Position numbers and translations under genes: made by a program. Below, in pieces: positions 39,481 through 52,814 of a DNA stretch of 64,000 bases (the stretch's first letter is position 1; the number at the start of each line of letters is the position of its first letter). The DNA is taken from the NCBI RefSeq assembly GCF_006345805.1, contig NC_042997.1, positions 49,352,001-49,416,000 on the forward strand. Direction: 5' to 3'. The DNA comes from Octopus sinensis (taxonomy: Eukaryota). Below the pieces are notes generated by a model. It was not told where the DNA came from. It was given only the letters and a program-made list of their open reading frames with translations, and did no database searches.

Positions 39481-41437
39481 TTTTTACGCTTCCTCATATA
39501 TTCTGATGCTAGCGTGTCTGCAGCTGCATAACTGACCAACTCGTACCGACACCTTATCTCTCGTCCTAAATACCAGGCGCACGCATCCATACTTGCTACC
39601 CTGCTTACGTAAACGTCATCGTATTACATATCAACCAGTGCTTCTTCCAACTGTTCTTTTGTTGGAATATGACAGTATATTTCAGTTTTGGCAATACAGA
39701 GAGGTACTTTAAATCTGGCTCTTTCCCGGACCCATTCCTCGAACGAAAAGGTCCTGTCTCTCGTAATATAACTCAACCAATTTTTAAAATTTTATCTGGA
39801 GCCAACCTATGGCCACATTAGCCGAGCTCTTGTTAACATTTTGGCTATTGCCACTTGTGATGTGTACTGAGGTCTGTTTTTATCTATTTTTGCAAAAGTA
39901 TCTGTGAAACTAATTTTCTTTATTGTTTATCTTTTATTAAATCTGTAAAGAAATTTTTAGGTGCAGGATGATGGTGGCTAAATGCTGTTACCATTTTTGG
40001 AGTGGCTTTCCCTTTAATGAATATCATGTTTACATTTTTTTTTAAATGTCTGACAGCAAAACAAACAAGAATTGTTTCAAAGTCTTTTTCTTCTCCAATC
40101 GAGAAAAAGACACAAGAATCTCCTCCTCACCACCCTATTAACTGCTCCACATGAATACACCCTAAATAAATAATTAAAAAAAAAAAAACGTAAATATAAA
40201 CCGCCTATTTAGAGTGTATTCTAATATTTTTGTAAAACTCGCGATTTTGAAAAATACAAAAAAAAAAAAATTCCCCATCCTTAAGAAAATAAAACAAACA
40301 ACCAAAAAAGTTTGTCGCCGACTCCTCCTCCATATATGTCTCCGTGAATGTTAGATGTTCTCACATCTGAAAAATAAGATTACAACGTCATAGCTTTATT
40401 CAGACACATGTTGAATACATATGCCTAAAGAAGTTCTAAGAAGCAGATCTCATATCAAAATTATGTATTGTTTATCGGATGAGTGAAGAATCTACGTTTC
40501 ATCTGAATAAGAAACTAGTCTGTCGGATATAAATTTCCCAGAAATGTTACCCTGCTGGGATTTGAAATCGGAGCGAAGAAAGACGAAATTAAATACACGA
40601 AGAAAATTAGTTCAGCAAAGCGTTTCGCCACATTCACACTTTTTAATAAAGCATAAGATGTGAATCAGTTTAAGGTTGGTGGGACTTCCATACAGAATTA
40701 GACAATCCAAACGGCTGTTTTAGTGGCTGACATTTTTATGTTCAAAAGCCATGTAAATGGGAGGCAGAAATTCCACAGTCCCCAGTGGAGTTGAACCATA
40801 GAACGTTCGAGACAGAGTATTATCATATTTTATCTAACAGAATTCCCAGGTCTTAGAATGGCTCGAGAAAATAAAGGTTTTTCGTAAATCTACACTAAGT
40901 ACTGAGATAACTTGATGACTGGCAAAAATACCCAGGGACGCGGTTTGTTTCAAAAAATAATGGTGTAAGTTGGTAAATGGCAGTGTCTACAAATGTAGAA
41001 AGAAACAGCATGTGATATATAAAAAACAGAGTGTATACATATTATATGTTTAGAAGCAGAAGCTCCTGGGACAGGACGTTTAAGCTAAAGCTCAAACGCA
41101 CCGTTCTGATCTTTAAATGATGCAGACTTGAGCAATAAAGCATCTCTTTTACAACACACACACACACACACACACACATACACACACACATTCAAACATT
41201 ATGATGCATCAAGACATTTCATCAGTGATGTCTTGTGGAGTCATTTGATATTTTGAGTCTTTCAACAATCAAGCATCGAGGTAACCCAACCGAAGTTGTT
41301 TAAGCCTTAGCTTATGTCCATTTAGCATCACCGCAGTTACTTCTACCTCTTTCGCAGATCACATTTCTTGATCAACACCAGTCTTAAAGTAATGTCTCCT
41401 GCCTCCAAGAGCTAACTGGATGATCATCCGCTAACAA

Positions 41438-41635
41438 GGCGGCGAGCTGGCAGAATCGTTAGCACGCCGGGTAAAATGCTTTGTGGTATTTTGTCCGTCT
41501 TTACGTTCTGAGTTCAAGTAGACATTGTCTTTCATCGTTTAGAGGTCGATAAAATAAGTATCAGTTGAACACTGAGGTCGATGTAATTGACTTAGCCACC
41601 CCGCGAGATTGCTGGCCTTGTGCTAAAATTTTAAA
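41438..41635 (+). mobile_element. SINE family A (head-core-tail2)
   Basis: ggcggcgagctggcagaatcgttagcacg...gctggccttgtgc. Confidence 0.85.
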
Positions 41636-42579
41636 TCAATACGTGTGTGTGTGTGTATACGATAAAAGTTAGGAGGCATGAGAAGAGAATTTAACCGCGT
41701 GATGTCCTTAAGATTACGGCTGTTTCGCAACCTTCTTCATGAAGTATTAATTTCAATGTAAGAGAAATGTTTTCACGTTTGCAGTAATATGTAGGCTAGA
41801 CAGTATACAATACAATAGTATATTTACAAATCAATGAAAATAAAGAAAGCTGGCTTATCAGATCACCAGAACATCAAGGTTACACCAACGATTCAACTCT
41901 AAATATACATACAAAATATTCTCTTTACAAATACAATGTATAGAAGGTCGAACCTGGACATAGCTTGATTTGGTCAATAAAATTAAAGATTTGTTGATTC
42001 ATATCCATTAAAGCACCAGGTTGAAATTCGAAGTATTGACTATTCTGAATGTAAACTAAAACGAGGAAATGAGAAGTGAAAGTAAAAGTAGATAAAGTAA
42101 ATATATGAAATAAAATAAAAAAGCTTAAAGCTTGTAAAAATATATAATATAAATGAATTTTTAGCCGAAGTAATCATGTGGATGGATAAATGGGGAACAG
42201 ACAGACAAAGATTTAAAGATTAAACCAAGATATAATATTGAACAACAGTGAGACTCAAAATAGAGTTAAATTGTCGCATGGCTTCACACAAAAGAATTTG
42301 AACTTCTAAGAATTTTAATCACACTTTCCAATCACATCTCAAAATACTTTCCAGTTCAATGATCTGGATTAACACAAAAACATACACACACTTACATAGA
42401 AGCATATGTTCTGTGTATGTAAGTATACTTATAAGTATAAAAATACACACACCTACACACACATACACACACTCACAGATAAAAATAGGAGGTTTTTGTG
42501 AGACACACGAGTGTCCGAATCCACATCTTATAATACACACACACACACACACACATATATATGTATACACACATATATG

Positions 42580-42633
<54 letters not shown>

Positions 42634-42807
42634 TAATATATATATATTATATATATATATAAAAGAGCAATAAAGATTCAAGTTAATTTAAAAAAATTTA
42701 CTTGAATATGGTACCTAACTTAGATGCACCAAAAAAAACTATACTGATTTAACAATACAGTAATGTGGGGTGATTATAAGCGAGAAAGAAGCAACAAGAA
42801 TGGATAG

Positions 42808-42903
42808 GTATTTAGTACGATCGTTTCATACAAGGACAGGTTTTATTAAAAGTTGCAAAGATTACAGCATATAAACGAGTCCCGTACTCATCAGCTAAAA
42901 TAC
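42808..42903 (-). ncRNA. Type I hammerhead ribozyme in PLE 3' region
   Basis: Reverse complement of 48171-48266. Confidence 0.85.
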
Positions 42904-44344
42904 ATGTAAGTTCTCTAGACATCCTAGTGTTTGAGGCTATACTCATGAAGTAATGTAGATAATTAAACAGATTTCTAAAGTTCATTAAAGTTCTTTAAAG
43001 ATGATGTACAGTCTTATCACAGAATTTTAAAAAAGTTTTGATAGCATCACAGAGAAGGTGACCTAATCCATATGAATTTCCATAGATATGATGAGGGATT
43101 ATATACTCACAGAAGACAAATTTATCCATTGTTAATTACAACGAGGTGGGTCTCAATTCCTGCTTATTAGCATTACAGAGAGGGTGAATTAATCCTTTGT
43201 ATATATGCACAGATTCAATGGTGTAGATGTAAATTTCCAGAGAAATGGAGATGAATTTCATATTCACAGGCGATAAATTTTACAATGGTTGAACACAATG
43301 AGGTAGGTATCAATCCTTGTTATATGATTAGGTGTTTGCCACATTAATCACATTACTGCTATTCACAAGAGGCTGTAGCTATTTAACTCTTAAAGGCTGA
43401 AGGGCTTACTAGATCGGCCAAGAATAGAGAAGGGAATAGAAGAAAAGAGAGAAAATAATGGAGGAGGGAGCAAAAAGGGGGGGGAAGGGGGACTAAAAGA
43501 GAAGAGAAAAGGAAACAGAGAATAAGAAGAAGAAAAAGAAAAAAGAGAAAAGAGAAAGAAATAGGGAAAGAAGGGAAAAAAAGAAAAAGAAAAAAGAGGG
43601 TTCTAGTTATACAGAAGAGTTCGTAGACTGTAAGTCTGGTTTTAATCAACAGGCATCTAGGAACTAGAGAGGAAATATTATTCTTTGACCAGTAAACCGT
43701 TAATTTATGCTGTTGAAATCAGCTATGAGTTTAAAGAGAATCTAAAGAGATAACACAGTCAGGGGTTAAGGGGTCAGATGCTAAAATCACCAGAAAATAC
43801 ATTAGGAAAATCTAAGTATAATCTTATCAAAAAGTCATTAAAAATTTACTTATTTAATTTATTCATTTTATTGTCTTAAGGAGTTGTCGTTATTATTCAT
43901 ACATTGACTGACTACAGGTCAAATCTTATAAGATCATTTACAAGGTGTTAGGGGATTGTCTATCATAATGAAGATAATCATATTATCACCGAGGGAATAG
44001 CCTTATTTATAATAATTATGAAATAGAATTATGGGGCTACAGTAACTAATTATAATTTATTAGAGTTATGCTATTTAAATTAGATTAAGTTAGGAATTAA
44101 AATTAAATATTACAATTAAGATTTAAAATTAAGAATTTAAAAATTGTGAGTTTGAAATTAAATAAAGCCTCAATTAAGTAGCGAATAAGTACTATTCATT
44201 TCCCTGTTCTCAAAAAACTGATGCAGATATAAGGAAAAAGATAAAGATAACTGTAATGTGAGAACTCTTAGTTATCTACTTAAAGCAGTGCTATACTAGT
44301 AGAAATCAAGTTATATCTATCTATCTAGTTATGAATATTCCAAT

Positions 44345-46530
44345 CATTTAAAATATTTTAAAGTCTTCAATTTAGCGTGGACACAAACTTGACCTAGTTC
44401 GATATGGTTATTCAATAAGTTTCTATGTTTACTATGCTTTAGAATTTCGTACGTCTCCATGGAGCATAGTTGACAACAAACCCTACTATTTTTATACGGA
44501 ATTGCTCTCCTAACTATTTCCCAATTAAGGGTATAATTTTTATTATATTTTTGAATTCCCAGATTTTGTTTGAAAGTGTGGTGGTACCAGCTTTATGACG
44601 TAATTAAAAGTCGAGATGTGATTTCTAACTCTGGCTAAAAAATTAATTGTACAGCTAATGTAAAAATATTTGTTATTCTCCGTGGATATGGTACATTTAT
44701 AGATTACATTATTTTCCCTACATAGACCAGGTGCCGGGCATTTTGATTTTATTCTACACTTACACACAGGAGGAACAACTTCAGGCCTTGGATTATTCCT
44801 GGGTAGATGTTTAAGGTTCCTATTATTTTGATTATCATTTCTATAGTTGGTGCTGATATCTAAAATATTGTTATTATTTATTGATCCTTCTGTTTCATCA
44901 TTTAGGTGTAAAGTCCTACAAGATTTCTTATATTATTCGTAATGTTATTATTATTGTTAGTCTTTTTATCCAACTGTATATTATTGTTATAGATATCACT
45001 GATATTTTCATTCTCCTTATTTTCTCCATTAGCCTTATTTCTATTATTTCTATTATTAACAATATTACTTCTATTAATATCGGCATTGTTATTATTACTA
45101 TTAATGTTAATGTTATTAGTCATTCTGTGGTTACTAATTTCACCTATGTTTTGATAGTTCCTATTGCTGTTTTTATTGTTGGTAGTATTATTGTTTTGCT
45201 ATTGGTATTCATTCTGATATTATTTTTATTTCTATCTTTCCTGGCTAGTTTAATGTTGTTATTATTAATTTTAGCTATTAAAGTGGACATATTTGGGAGG
45301 GTTGAATAAGAAATCCTAACTGTTTTCCTAGAAATAATTCTATGATATCTATGAGAGATAGGGAAATTTTTTTCCAGAATCACTTTGAATTTGTTCTGTA
45401 TATCCGATTGTATCGCACAGTTGAAGGAATATTCAGCCATAATATATCTTTTTTATAAAATTTAGGGTTCGTAGAATTACTACTATTCATCTCACCGGAG
45501 TTATTGTATTTATTACCATTATTTTTATTTTTATTTGTGTGCATCTTAGGTTTATCTACTTCAATCTTATCCGGGTTACCTATGTTCTGGTCAATGCTTC
45601 TATTTGAATTGTTGGGCCTGTACTCTAGATTAGCGTTTACCGTTAATTTAATTCTACTTTTATTTCGGGCTTGGTCTTTTTTGCTGCTTACGTGATTACT
45701 GATAACTTCATTATTAGGAATACGTGAGTTCTCCTTATCAACGAATGTAATCTTTTGGTTGTATCCAGCCTTAGTTAACGCCGCATTATAATGCTCAGAA
45801 TGGGAGTTAAATATATCCTTATTGGATGATAATTTTGAAATTCTTAATGAAATATTTCTTACTAAAGATTCTATTATATTTGGGGGATGATTTGATAATT
45901 TATTTACGTAATTCGTGACTTCGCCTTCCTTTCTAAATGGGTAATGTAGCTTGGAGTTAAGGTCTAGGGTAATATCTAGGAAATTAGCTATTTTAGTGCC
46001 CGGTTCATACGTTATACTGAGGTTGAAATCCTTAAAGAACTTATTAATTTTCTTTCTAATCCTTTCTATAACAGATTTATTATTACTAGGGATAACAAAC
46101 AGAGCATCATCCCTATATAGACCCCCCTGTATTTCTGGGATATCCTTGCTTATGCATTTTAATAGATATGCGCCTACTAGGTTGGTTACCTCAGCCGAAT
46201 CACTGGAACCCATTGGTATATCAAAAAAATTGGTGTATCTGCTCTAGTCCATAATTTATCTTCAAATTCAATAAATGTCTTCCTAGCTAGTAGCACAATA
46301 TTGATTTCTTCTCTAGTTATGAGGGAGCGATTCATGGCAAATATTAGTGATTTGTTGAGTAAGATAGGGGAAATGCTAGAGTAATAACTATTAATATCGA
46401 ACTGAATAAAGGACAGACTACTAGTATTAGTTAGAGAGTTAAACCACTTTAGAACTTCGTCGGTACTTAGCCATAGGTTTAAGGGGAGAAGAGGGGTTAT
46501 TTGGGGTAGAACAGTATCCAGGATACTCAA
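44345..46530 (-). pseudogene. PLE reverse transcriptase + GIY-YIG endonuclease (frameshifted)
   Basis: FIQFDINSYYSSI, PMGSSDSAE, GGLYRDDALF, ANFLDITLDL, SNHPPNI, VRISYSTLPNM, CKCRIKSKCP..GLC...VIYKC...YFYISCT...RVRNH, NWEIVRRAIPY...CQLC..E...LLN...CVH. Confidence 0.92.
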
Positions 46531-48170
46531 AAATAATAATAAAAATTATACCCTTAATTGGGAAATAGTTAGGAGAGCAATTCCGTATAAAAATAGTAGG
46601 GTTGGTTGTCAACTATGCTCCATGGAGACGTACGAAATTCTAAAGCATAGTAAAAATAGAAACTTATTGATAACCATATCGAACTAGTCAAGTTTGTGTC
46701 CACGCTAAATTGAAGACTTTAAAATATTTTAAATGATTGGAATATTCATAACTAGATAGATAGATATAACTTGATTTCTACTAGTATAGCACTGCTTTAA
46801 GTAGATAACTAAGAGTTCTCACATTACAGTTATCTTTATCTTTTTCCTTATATCTGCATCAGTTTTTTGAGAACAGGGAAATGAATAGTACTTATTCGCT
46901 ACTTAATTGAGGCTTTATTTAATTTCAAACTCACAATTTTTAAATTCTTAATTTTAAATCTTAATTGTAATATTTAATTTTAATTCCTAACTTAATCTAA
47001 TTTAAATAGCATAACTCTAATAAATTATAATTAGTTACTGTAGCCCCATATTCTATTTCATAATTAATAAATAAGGCTATTCCCTCGGTGATAATATGAT
47101 TATCTTCATTATGATAGACAATCCCCTAACACCTTGTAAATGATCTTATAAGATTTGACCTGTAGTCAGTCAATGTATGAATAATAACGACAACTCCTTA
47201 AGACAATAAAATGAATAAATTAAATAAGTAAATTTTAATGACTTTTTGATAAGATTATACTTAGATTTTCCTAATGTATTTTCTGGTGATTTTAGCATCT
47301 GACCCCTTAACCCCTGACTGTGTTATCTCTTTAGATCTCTTTAAACTCATAGCTGATTTCAACAGCAATAAATTAACGGTTTACTGGTCAAAGAATAATA
47401 TTCTCCTCTAGTTCCTAGATGCCTGTTGATTAAAACCAGACTTACAGTCTACGAACTCTTCTGTATAACTAGAACCCTCTTTTTTCTTTTTCTTTTTTTC
47501 CCTTCTTTCCCTATTTCTTTCTCTTTTCTCTTTTTTCTTTTTCTTCTTCTTATTCTCTGTTCCTTTTCTCTTCTCTTTTAGTCCCCCTTCCCCCCCCTTT
47601 TTGCTCCCTCCTCCATTATTTTCTCTCTTTTCTTCTATTCCCTTCTCTATTCTTGGCCGATCTAGTAAGCCCTTCAGCCTTTAAGAGTTAAATAGCTACA
47701 GCCTCTTGTGAATAGCAGTAAGTGATTAATGTGGCAAACACCTAATCATATAACAAGGATTGATACCTACCTCATTGTGTTCAACCATTGTAAAATTTAT
47801 CGCCTGTGAATATGAAATTCATCTCCATTTCTCTGGAAATTTACATCTACACCATTGGAATCTGTGCATATATACAAAGGATTAATTCACCCTCTCTGTA
47901 ATGCTAATAAGCAGGAATTGAGACCCACCTCGTTGTAATTAACAATGGATAAATTTGTCTTCTGTGAGTATATAATCCCTCATCATATCTATGGAAATTC
48001 ATATGGATTAGGTCACCTTCTCTGTGATGCTATCAAAACTTTTTTAAAATTCTGTGATAAGACTGTACATCATCTTTAAAGAACTTTAATGAACTTTAGA
48101 AATCTGTTTAATTATCTACATTACTTCATGAGTATAGCCTCAAACACTAGGATGTCTAGAGAACTTACAT

Positions 48171-48266
48171 GTATTTTAGCTGATGAGTACGGGACTCGTT
48201 TATATGCTGTAATCTTTGCAACTTTTAATAAAACCTGTCCTTGTATGAAACGATCGTACTAAATAC
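48171..48266 (+). ncRNA. Type I hammerhead ribozyme in PLE inverted arm
   Basis: gtattttag|CTGATGA|gtacgggac...gtccttgtat|GAAAC-gatc-GTA|ctaaatac. Stem III is the palindrome acgatcgt. Confidence 0.85.
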
Positions 48267-48293
48267 CTATCCATTCTTGTTGCTTCTTTCTCG

Positions 48294-48323
<30 letters not shown>

Positions 48324-48328
<5 letters not shown>

Positions 48329-48687
48329 CCGCTTTCTCAATATTTTTAGTATTTTAAAGTATTTTATAAATTTTTAGTCGTTTTTTGATGGGATGTTACT
48401 ATACGTGTTTTTTTTCGCATATATGTATATTTTTACCTTGGTGGTTTTCTGTATTTGTATGTCTTATATATCTTATATTTTGATTTATATATTATGAAAG
48501 CCATGGTAATGTTTATTTATATATGATGTATCTTGGAGGTTCGATACCCTATATAAAGTTGTTAACTCATTTTAATGTTTGTTCGATGACCTATATTTAA
48601 TATCCTTGCCTCATTTAATTGAGGACTTCTTTTTTGCAGTCTTATATGCTGTTTGTCTCTTTTGAAAGAAACAATAGTTATTCTTGA

Positions 48688-48722
<35 letters not shown>

Positions 48723-49218
48723 TATATATTATATATATATATATATATATTATATATAATATATATATATAATATAATATATATTATATATATGTATATA
48801 TATATATATAATATATATATATATATATTATATATATATATATATATATATTTATCCGCTTTCTCAAATTTTAGTATTTTAAAGTATTTTATAATTTTAG
48901 TCGTTTTTTGATGGGATGTTACTATACGTGTTTTTTTTCGCATATATGTATATTTTTACCTTGGTGGTTTTCTGTATTTGTATGTCTTATATATCTTATA
49001 TTTTGATTTATATATTATGAAAGCCATGGTAATGTTTATTTATATATGATGTATCTTGGAGGTTCGATACCCTATATAAAGTTGTTAACTCATTTTAATG
49101 TTTGTTCGATGACCTATATTTAATTATCCTTGCCTCATTTAATTGAGGACTTCTTTTTTGCAGTCTTATATGCTGTTTGTCTCTTTTGAAAGAAACAATA
49201 GTTATTCTTGATGTGTGT
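48324..49218. repeat. Tandem duplication of a ~370 bp T-rich unit separated by (TA)n
   Basis: 48324-48692 is repeated at 48851-49218, differing by small indels. Confidence 0.88.
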
Positions 49219-49287
49219 ATATATATATAATTATATATATATATATATTATATTATATATATATATATATATATTATATATAATATA

Positions 49288-49332
<45 letters not shown>

Positions 49333-49387
49333 ATATTATATATATATATATATACATATATAATATATATATATAATATATTTATTT

Positions 49388-49445
<58 letters not shown>

Positions 49446-49454
49446 TTATTTATA

Positions 49455-49513
<59 letters not shown>

Positions 49514-49766
49514 TCAATAAATTTAACAATTAAGGATAACTTCTTAATAACGAATCTTAACAAGAATTATCAGTAGTTAGCGTGAAAAACCTCATAAAAG
49601 AAAAGAATTCGAAAATAATTTTTTTCTTGAACAAATAATTATATCTATATTGTGTAGAGGGCATTATTACACATAAATGCCTCACACTAGGAGGGACAAA
49701 GTCATTACTACCAAAATTACACTAATCATACCTAAATAGTTCTTCAAAGCAAGACATTTAAAAAAT

Positions 49767-49834
49767 GAATTTAGTTCTGTATCACCGTGATTTCACATTT
49801 AACTTACGTCTATGATCATCAGCAGAACTGATTC
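49767..49834 (-). ncRNA. Mirror copy of the hammerhead motif
   Basis: Reverse complement of 50240-50307. Confidence 0.75.
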
Positions 49835-50239
49835 TGAACACATCATAAATAAACCACCAACCTTACCTAGCGAAGACGAACAGACATCTATTCACTCCGG
49901 CCAAGCACATGGAATGTTTATAAATCATATATTCGGTAAATGGCGGGCTTTTTCGAACTGCATGTCGGGTAGGAAAAGTATTTCGGAATAAATTTAACAA
50001 TTAAGGATAACTTCTTAATAAGGGATCTTAACAAGAAATTATCAGGTAGTTAGCGTTAAGAAGTTATCCTTAATTGTTAAATTTATTCCGAAATACTTTT
50101 CCTACCCGACATGCAGTTCGAAAAAGCCCGCCATTTACCGAATATATGATTTATAAACATTCCATGTGCTTGGCCGGAGTGAATAGATGTCTGTTCGTCT
50201 TCGCTAGGTAAGGTTGGTGGTTTATTTATGATGTGTTCA

Positions 50240-50307
50240 GAATCAGTTCTGCTGATGATCATAGACGTAAGTTAAATGTGAAATCACGGTGATACAGAAC
50301 TAAATTC
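50240..50307 (+). ncRNA. Type I hammerhead ribozyme motif (AUA site)
   Basis: agttctg|CTGATGA|tcat...atgt|GAAA-tcac-g-gtga-TA|cagaact. Perfect 7-bp stem I, extended by gaat/attc. Confidence 0.75.
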
Positions 50308-50459
50308 ATTTTTTAAATGTCTTGCTTTGAAGAACTGCATTTAGGTATGATTAGTGTAATTTTGGTAGTAATGACTTTGTCCCTCCTAGTGTGAGGCATT
50401 TATGTGTAATAATGCCCTCTATACAATATAGATATATATATATTTGTGTATATATATAT

Positions 50460-50908
50460 TTTAAGTTTCAGCCCAGAGCTGCGGCCATGCTGACGCACCG
50501 CCGTTTTCCGCTACACTGTTATTACTAGGAACCTCCTCTAATATGTGGCACTTGATGAAGAATGGAGTTTGATATAGCTACCCTCATTTGCACCTCTTGC
50601 CGTGAGGTAGGTTCATCTGGGACTCTCGACAGGAAGCGGTCCAGCTTTGATTTATAAACCCCTACATCTACTTTGTGCAAGTCCCTCGGACTCTTTGAGA
50701 GAATATTAAAAAGCTGTAGGCCCTTGAAACCCAGGCTGTTGCAGTAACTGATCCTCAAGCGTGATGGCGTTGCTGGGATCTTTGGCACCATGCAGTGTCG
50801 TCCCGTTCTGGCATTGGTTTAGCTTTCAATGCCAAAATTTGGCACAATTCCTTCCAGGATTTTCCAGACATATATTACTGCATACCTCTCCCGTCTTCTC
50901 TCCGTCTT
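50460..50908 (-). mobile_element. CR1-like LINE 3' end
   Basis: [21 protein letters not shown]...GLQLFNIL...YKSKLDRFLSRVPDEP. 3' tail ggcggtgcgtcagcatggccgcag..ctgaaac. Confidence 0.85.
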
Positions 50909-51039
50909 ATGTACATATATATATATATATACATATATTTATGTGTATATATATACATATACTTACGTATCTATATATATATATATAAATGCATATATAT
51001 ATGCATATATATATGTATATATATATACATATATATATG

Positions 51040-51077
<38 letters not shown>

Positions 51078-51658
51078 TACATGTATATGCATATATATAT
51101 ATATCTACATATATAAGTATATGTATATATATACATAAATATACATCTTACAACAGAGATGCAGAGGAAAAGTGTGCGTGTGCGCGCGCGCTTATATTTC
51201 TGAGACTTAGCAGACCACTTCAACCCACCTATCACCTTTTCTCTTAAGGTCAGTGTTAGTCATGAGTCTGACAAATTAAGCCCTAGTTGATAGATGACAC
51301 TCTTCAAACTGTAATTTAGCGAGCCTCTGTATTTTTAAGTATTGTGAATGTGTGTGTGAGTGTGTGAGTGTGCGTGGGTGCGTGCGCGTGAGTGTGTGTG
51401 CATTTGTGTGTACGTGAGCGCAGATGCATAGATGAGAGTATTGAGATGCACACGACCATACCTAAACAAAAACCAACACAAATATACTAGCGCGTGTGCG
51501 CACGCGCATGAGTAGACTAATACAGATATATGCACAACAGACACACACATATACAAATAGGCCCATAGAGAGGAATAACATGTCGGATGTGATGCATATC
51601 TGCGTGTGTATATATGCACATACATACACACACACATATATATGCACATACAAACACA

Positions 51659-51689
<31 letters not shown>

Positions 51690-51727
51690 GCACACACATT
51701 TGAATACATATGAAAATTAGCACATCT

Positions 51728-52270
51728 CACTCCTCTGGAACTTCACCATTCAAACTGACAGAAAGATAGATGCAAATAGGCCAGACATCATATTGAAAGA
51801 CTTCAGACAAAGAACATGCCTCCTCATTGATATGACTGTCCCAATCGATATAAACGTATCCGTCAAGACCTACCAAAAACTGAGCAAATATATAGATCTT
51901 GAAATAGAAATCATCAAAATGTGGAACCTGAAGACTAAAACAATACCTGTTGTCATAGGTGCCCTGGGAATGATAGCGAAAGGGGCTGATTGCTACCTAA
52001 CTCAGATACCAGGAAACCTCAAAATGGCAGAAATTCAAAAGATAGTGCTCATGGGAACTGCTCACATCCTACACAAAATACTTTCTATGTAATCTCAAAT
52101 TTTAAAACAAACATAATTTTCGTATGGCTCTTTAGACATTCACTAGTACAACACTAAATACAAAACCAAATATATGGCACACAAGGCATAACAACAACAT
52201 GAACTTCCAACCTGTTGTCTCTTGAGGTCTCTGGGTGAGACTTGGAGCCAACTTGTACAAATGTAAATTC
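51728..52270 (+). mobile_element. R4/Dong-like LINE 3' fragment
   Basis: LLWNFTIQTDRKIDANRPDIILKD..CLLIDMTVP..KLSKYIDLEIEI..IPVVIGALG..LMGTAHIL*. Confidence 0.88.
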
Positions 52271-52605
52271 AAACATAGAATAATAATAAAACAACCCAAA
52301 CTAAACAATCCACAAACACAAAACACTCTGTATAGCAAATATCCGATAAAATAAACAACCACCCACAGGTTACATATCCAACGGAAGAAGAAAACTCGCA
52401 TGACACAAACAGCACATAATACAAACGCTGAATACAACAAAGGACTGCAACCAGACACCATAATAAAACAAGCATGCAAAACAATACCGGGAAGTGTTTT
52501 CACACTCGCAAGAACGAAAACGAACACACAATGCTGCACAACCCAGCAAGACGGAGGTGAGCGGGGGATGAAGTAAAAAACTTGTATGAAACTACCAAAT
52601 TTTTT

Positions 52606-52670
<65 letters not shown>

Positions 52671-52717
52671 GCTGATGCTGCTGCTGCTGCTGCTGCTGCC
52701 GCTGCTGCTGCTGCTAT

Positions 52718-52801
<84 letters not shown>

Positions 52802-52814
52802 TAATAATAATAAT

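Larger units (their letters stand above)
42660..48298 (-). mobile_element. Penelope-like retroelement, 5'-truncated, with inverted 3' duplication, inserted in (TA)n
   Basis: RT and GIY-YIG remnants at 44345-46530. Inverted arms 42775-44551 / 46529-48298. A hammerhead lies near each outer end, with (TA)n on both flanks. Confidence 0.93.
49511..50437. mobile_element. Non-coding retrozyme/pLTR-like fold-back element with 471-nt unit
   Basis: Inverted arms ~49641-50018 / 50056-50437. Direct repeat 49516-49583 / 49987-50056. Hammerhead in each arm. (TA)n flanks. Confidence 0.85.

Noticed and set aside
44881-45309. Hydrophobic 142-aa 'membrane protein' ORF
   Set aside because: It is the antisense of the Asn-rich PLE linker.
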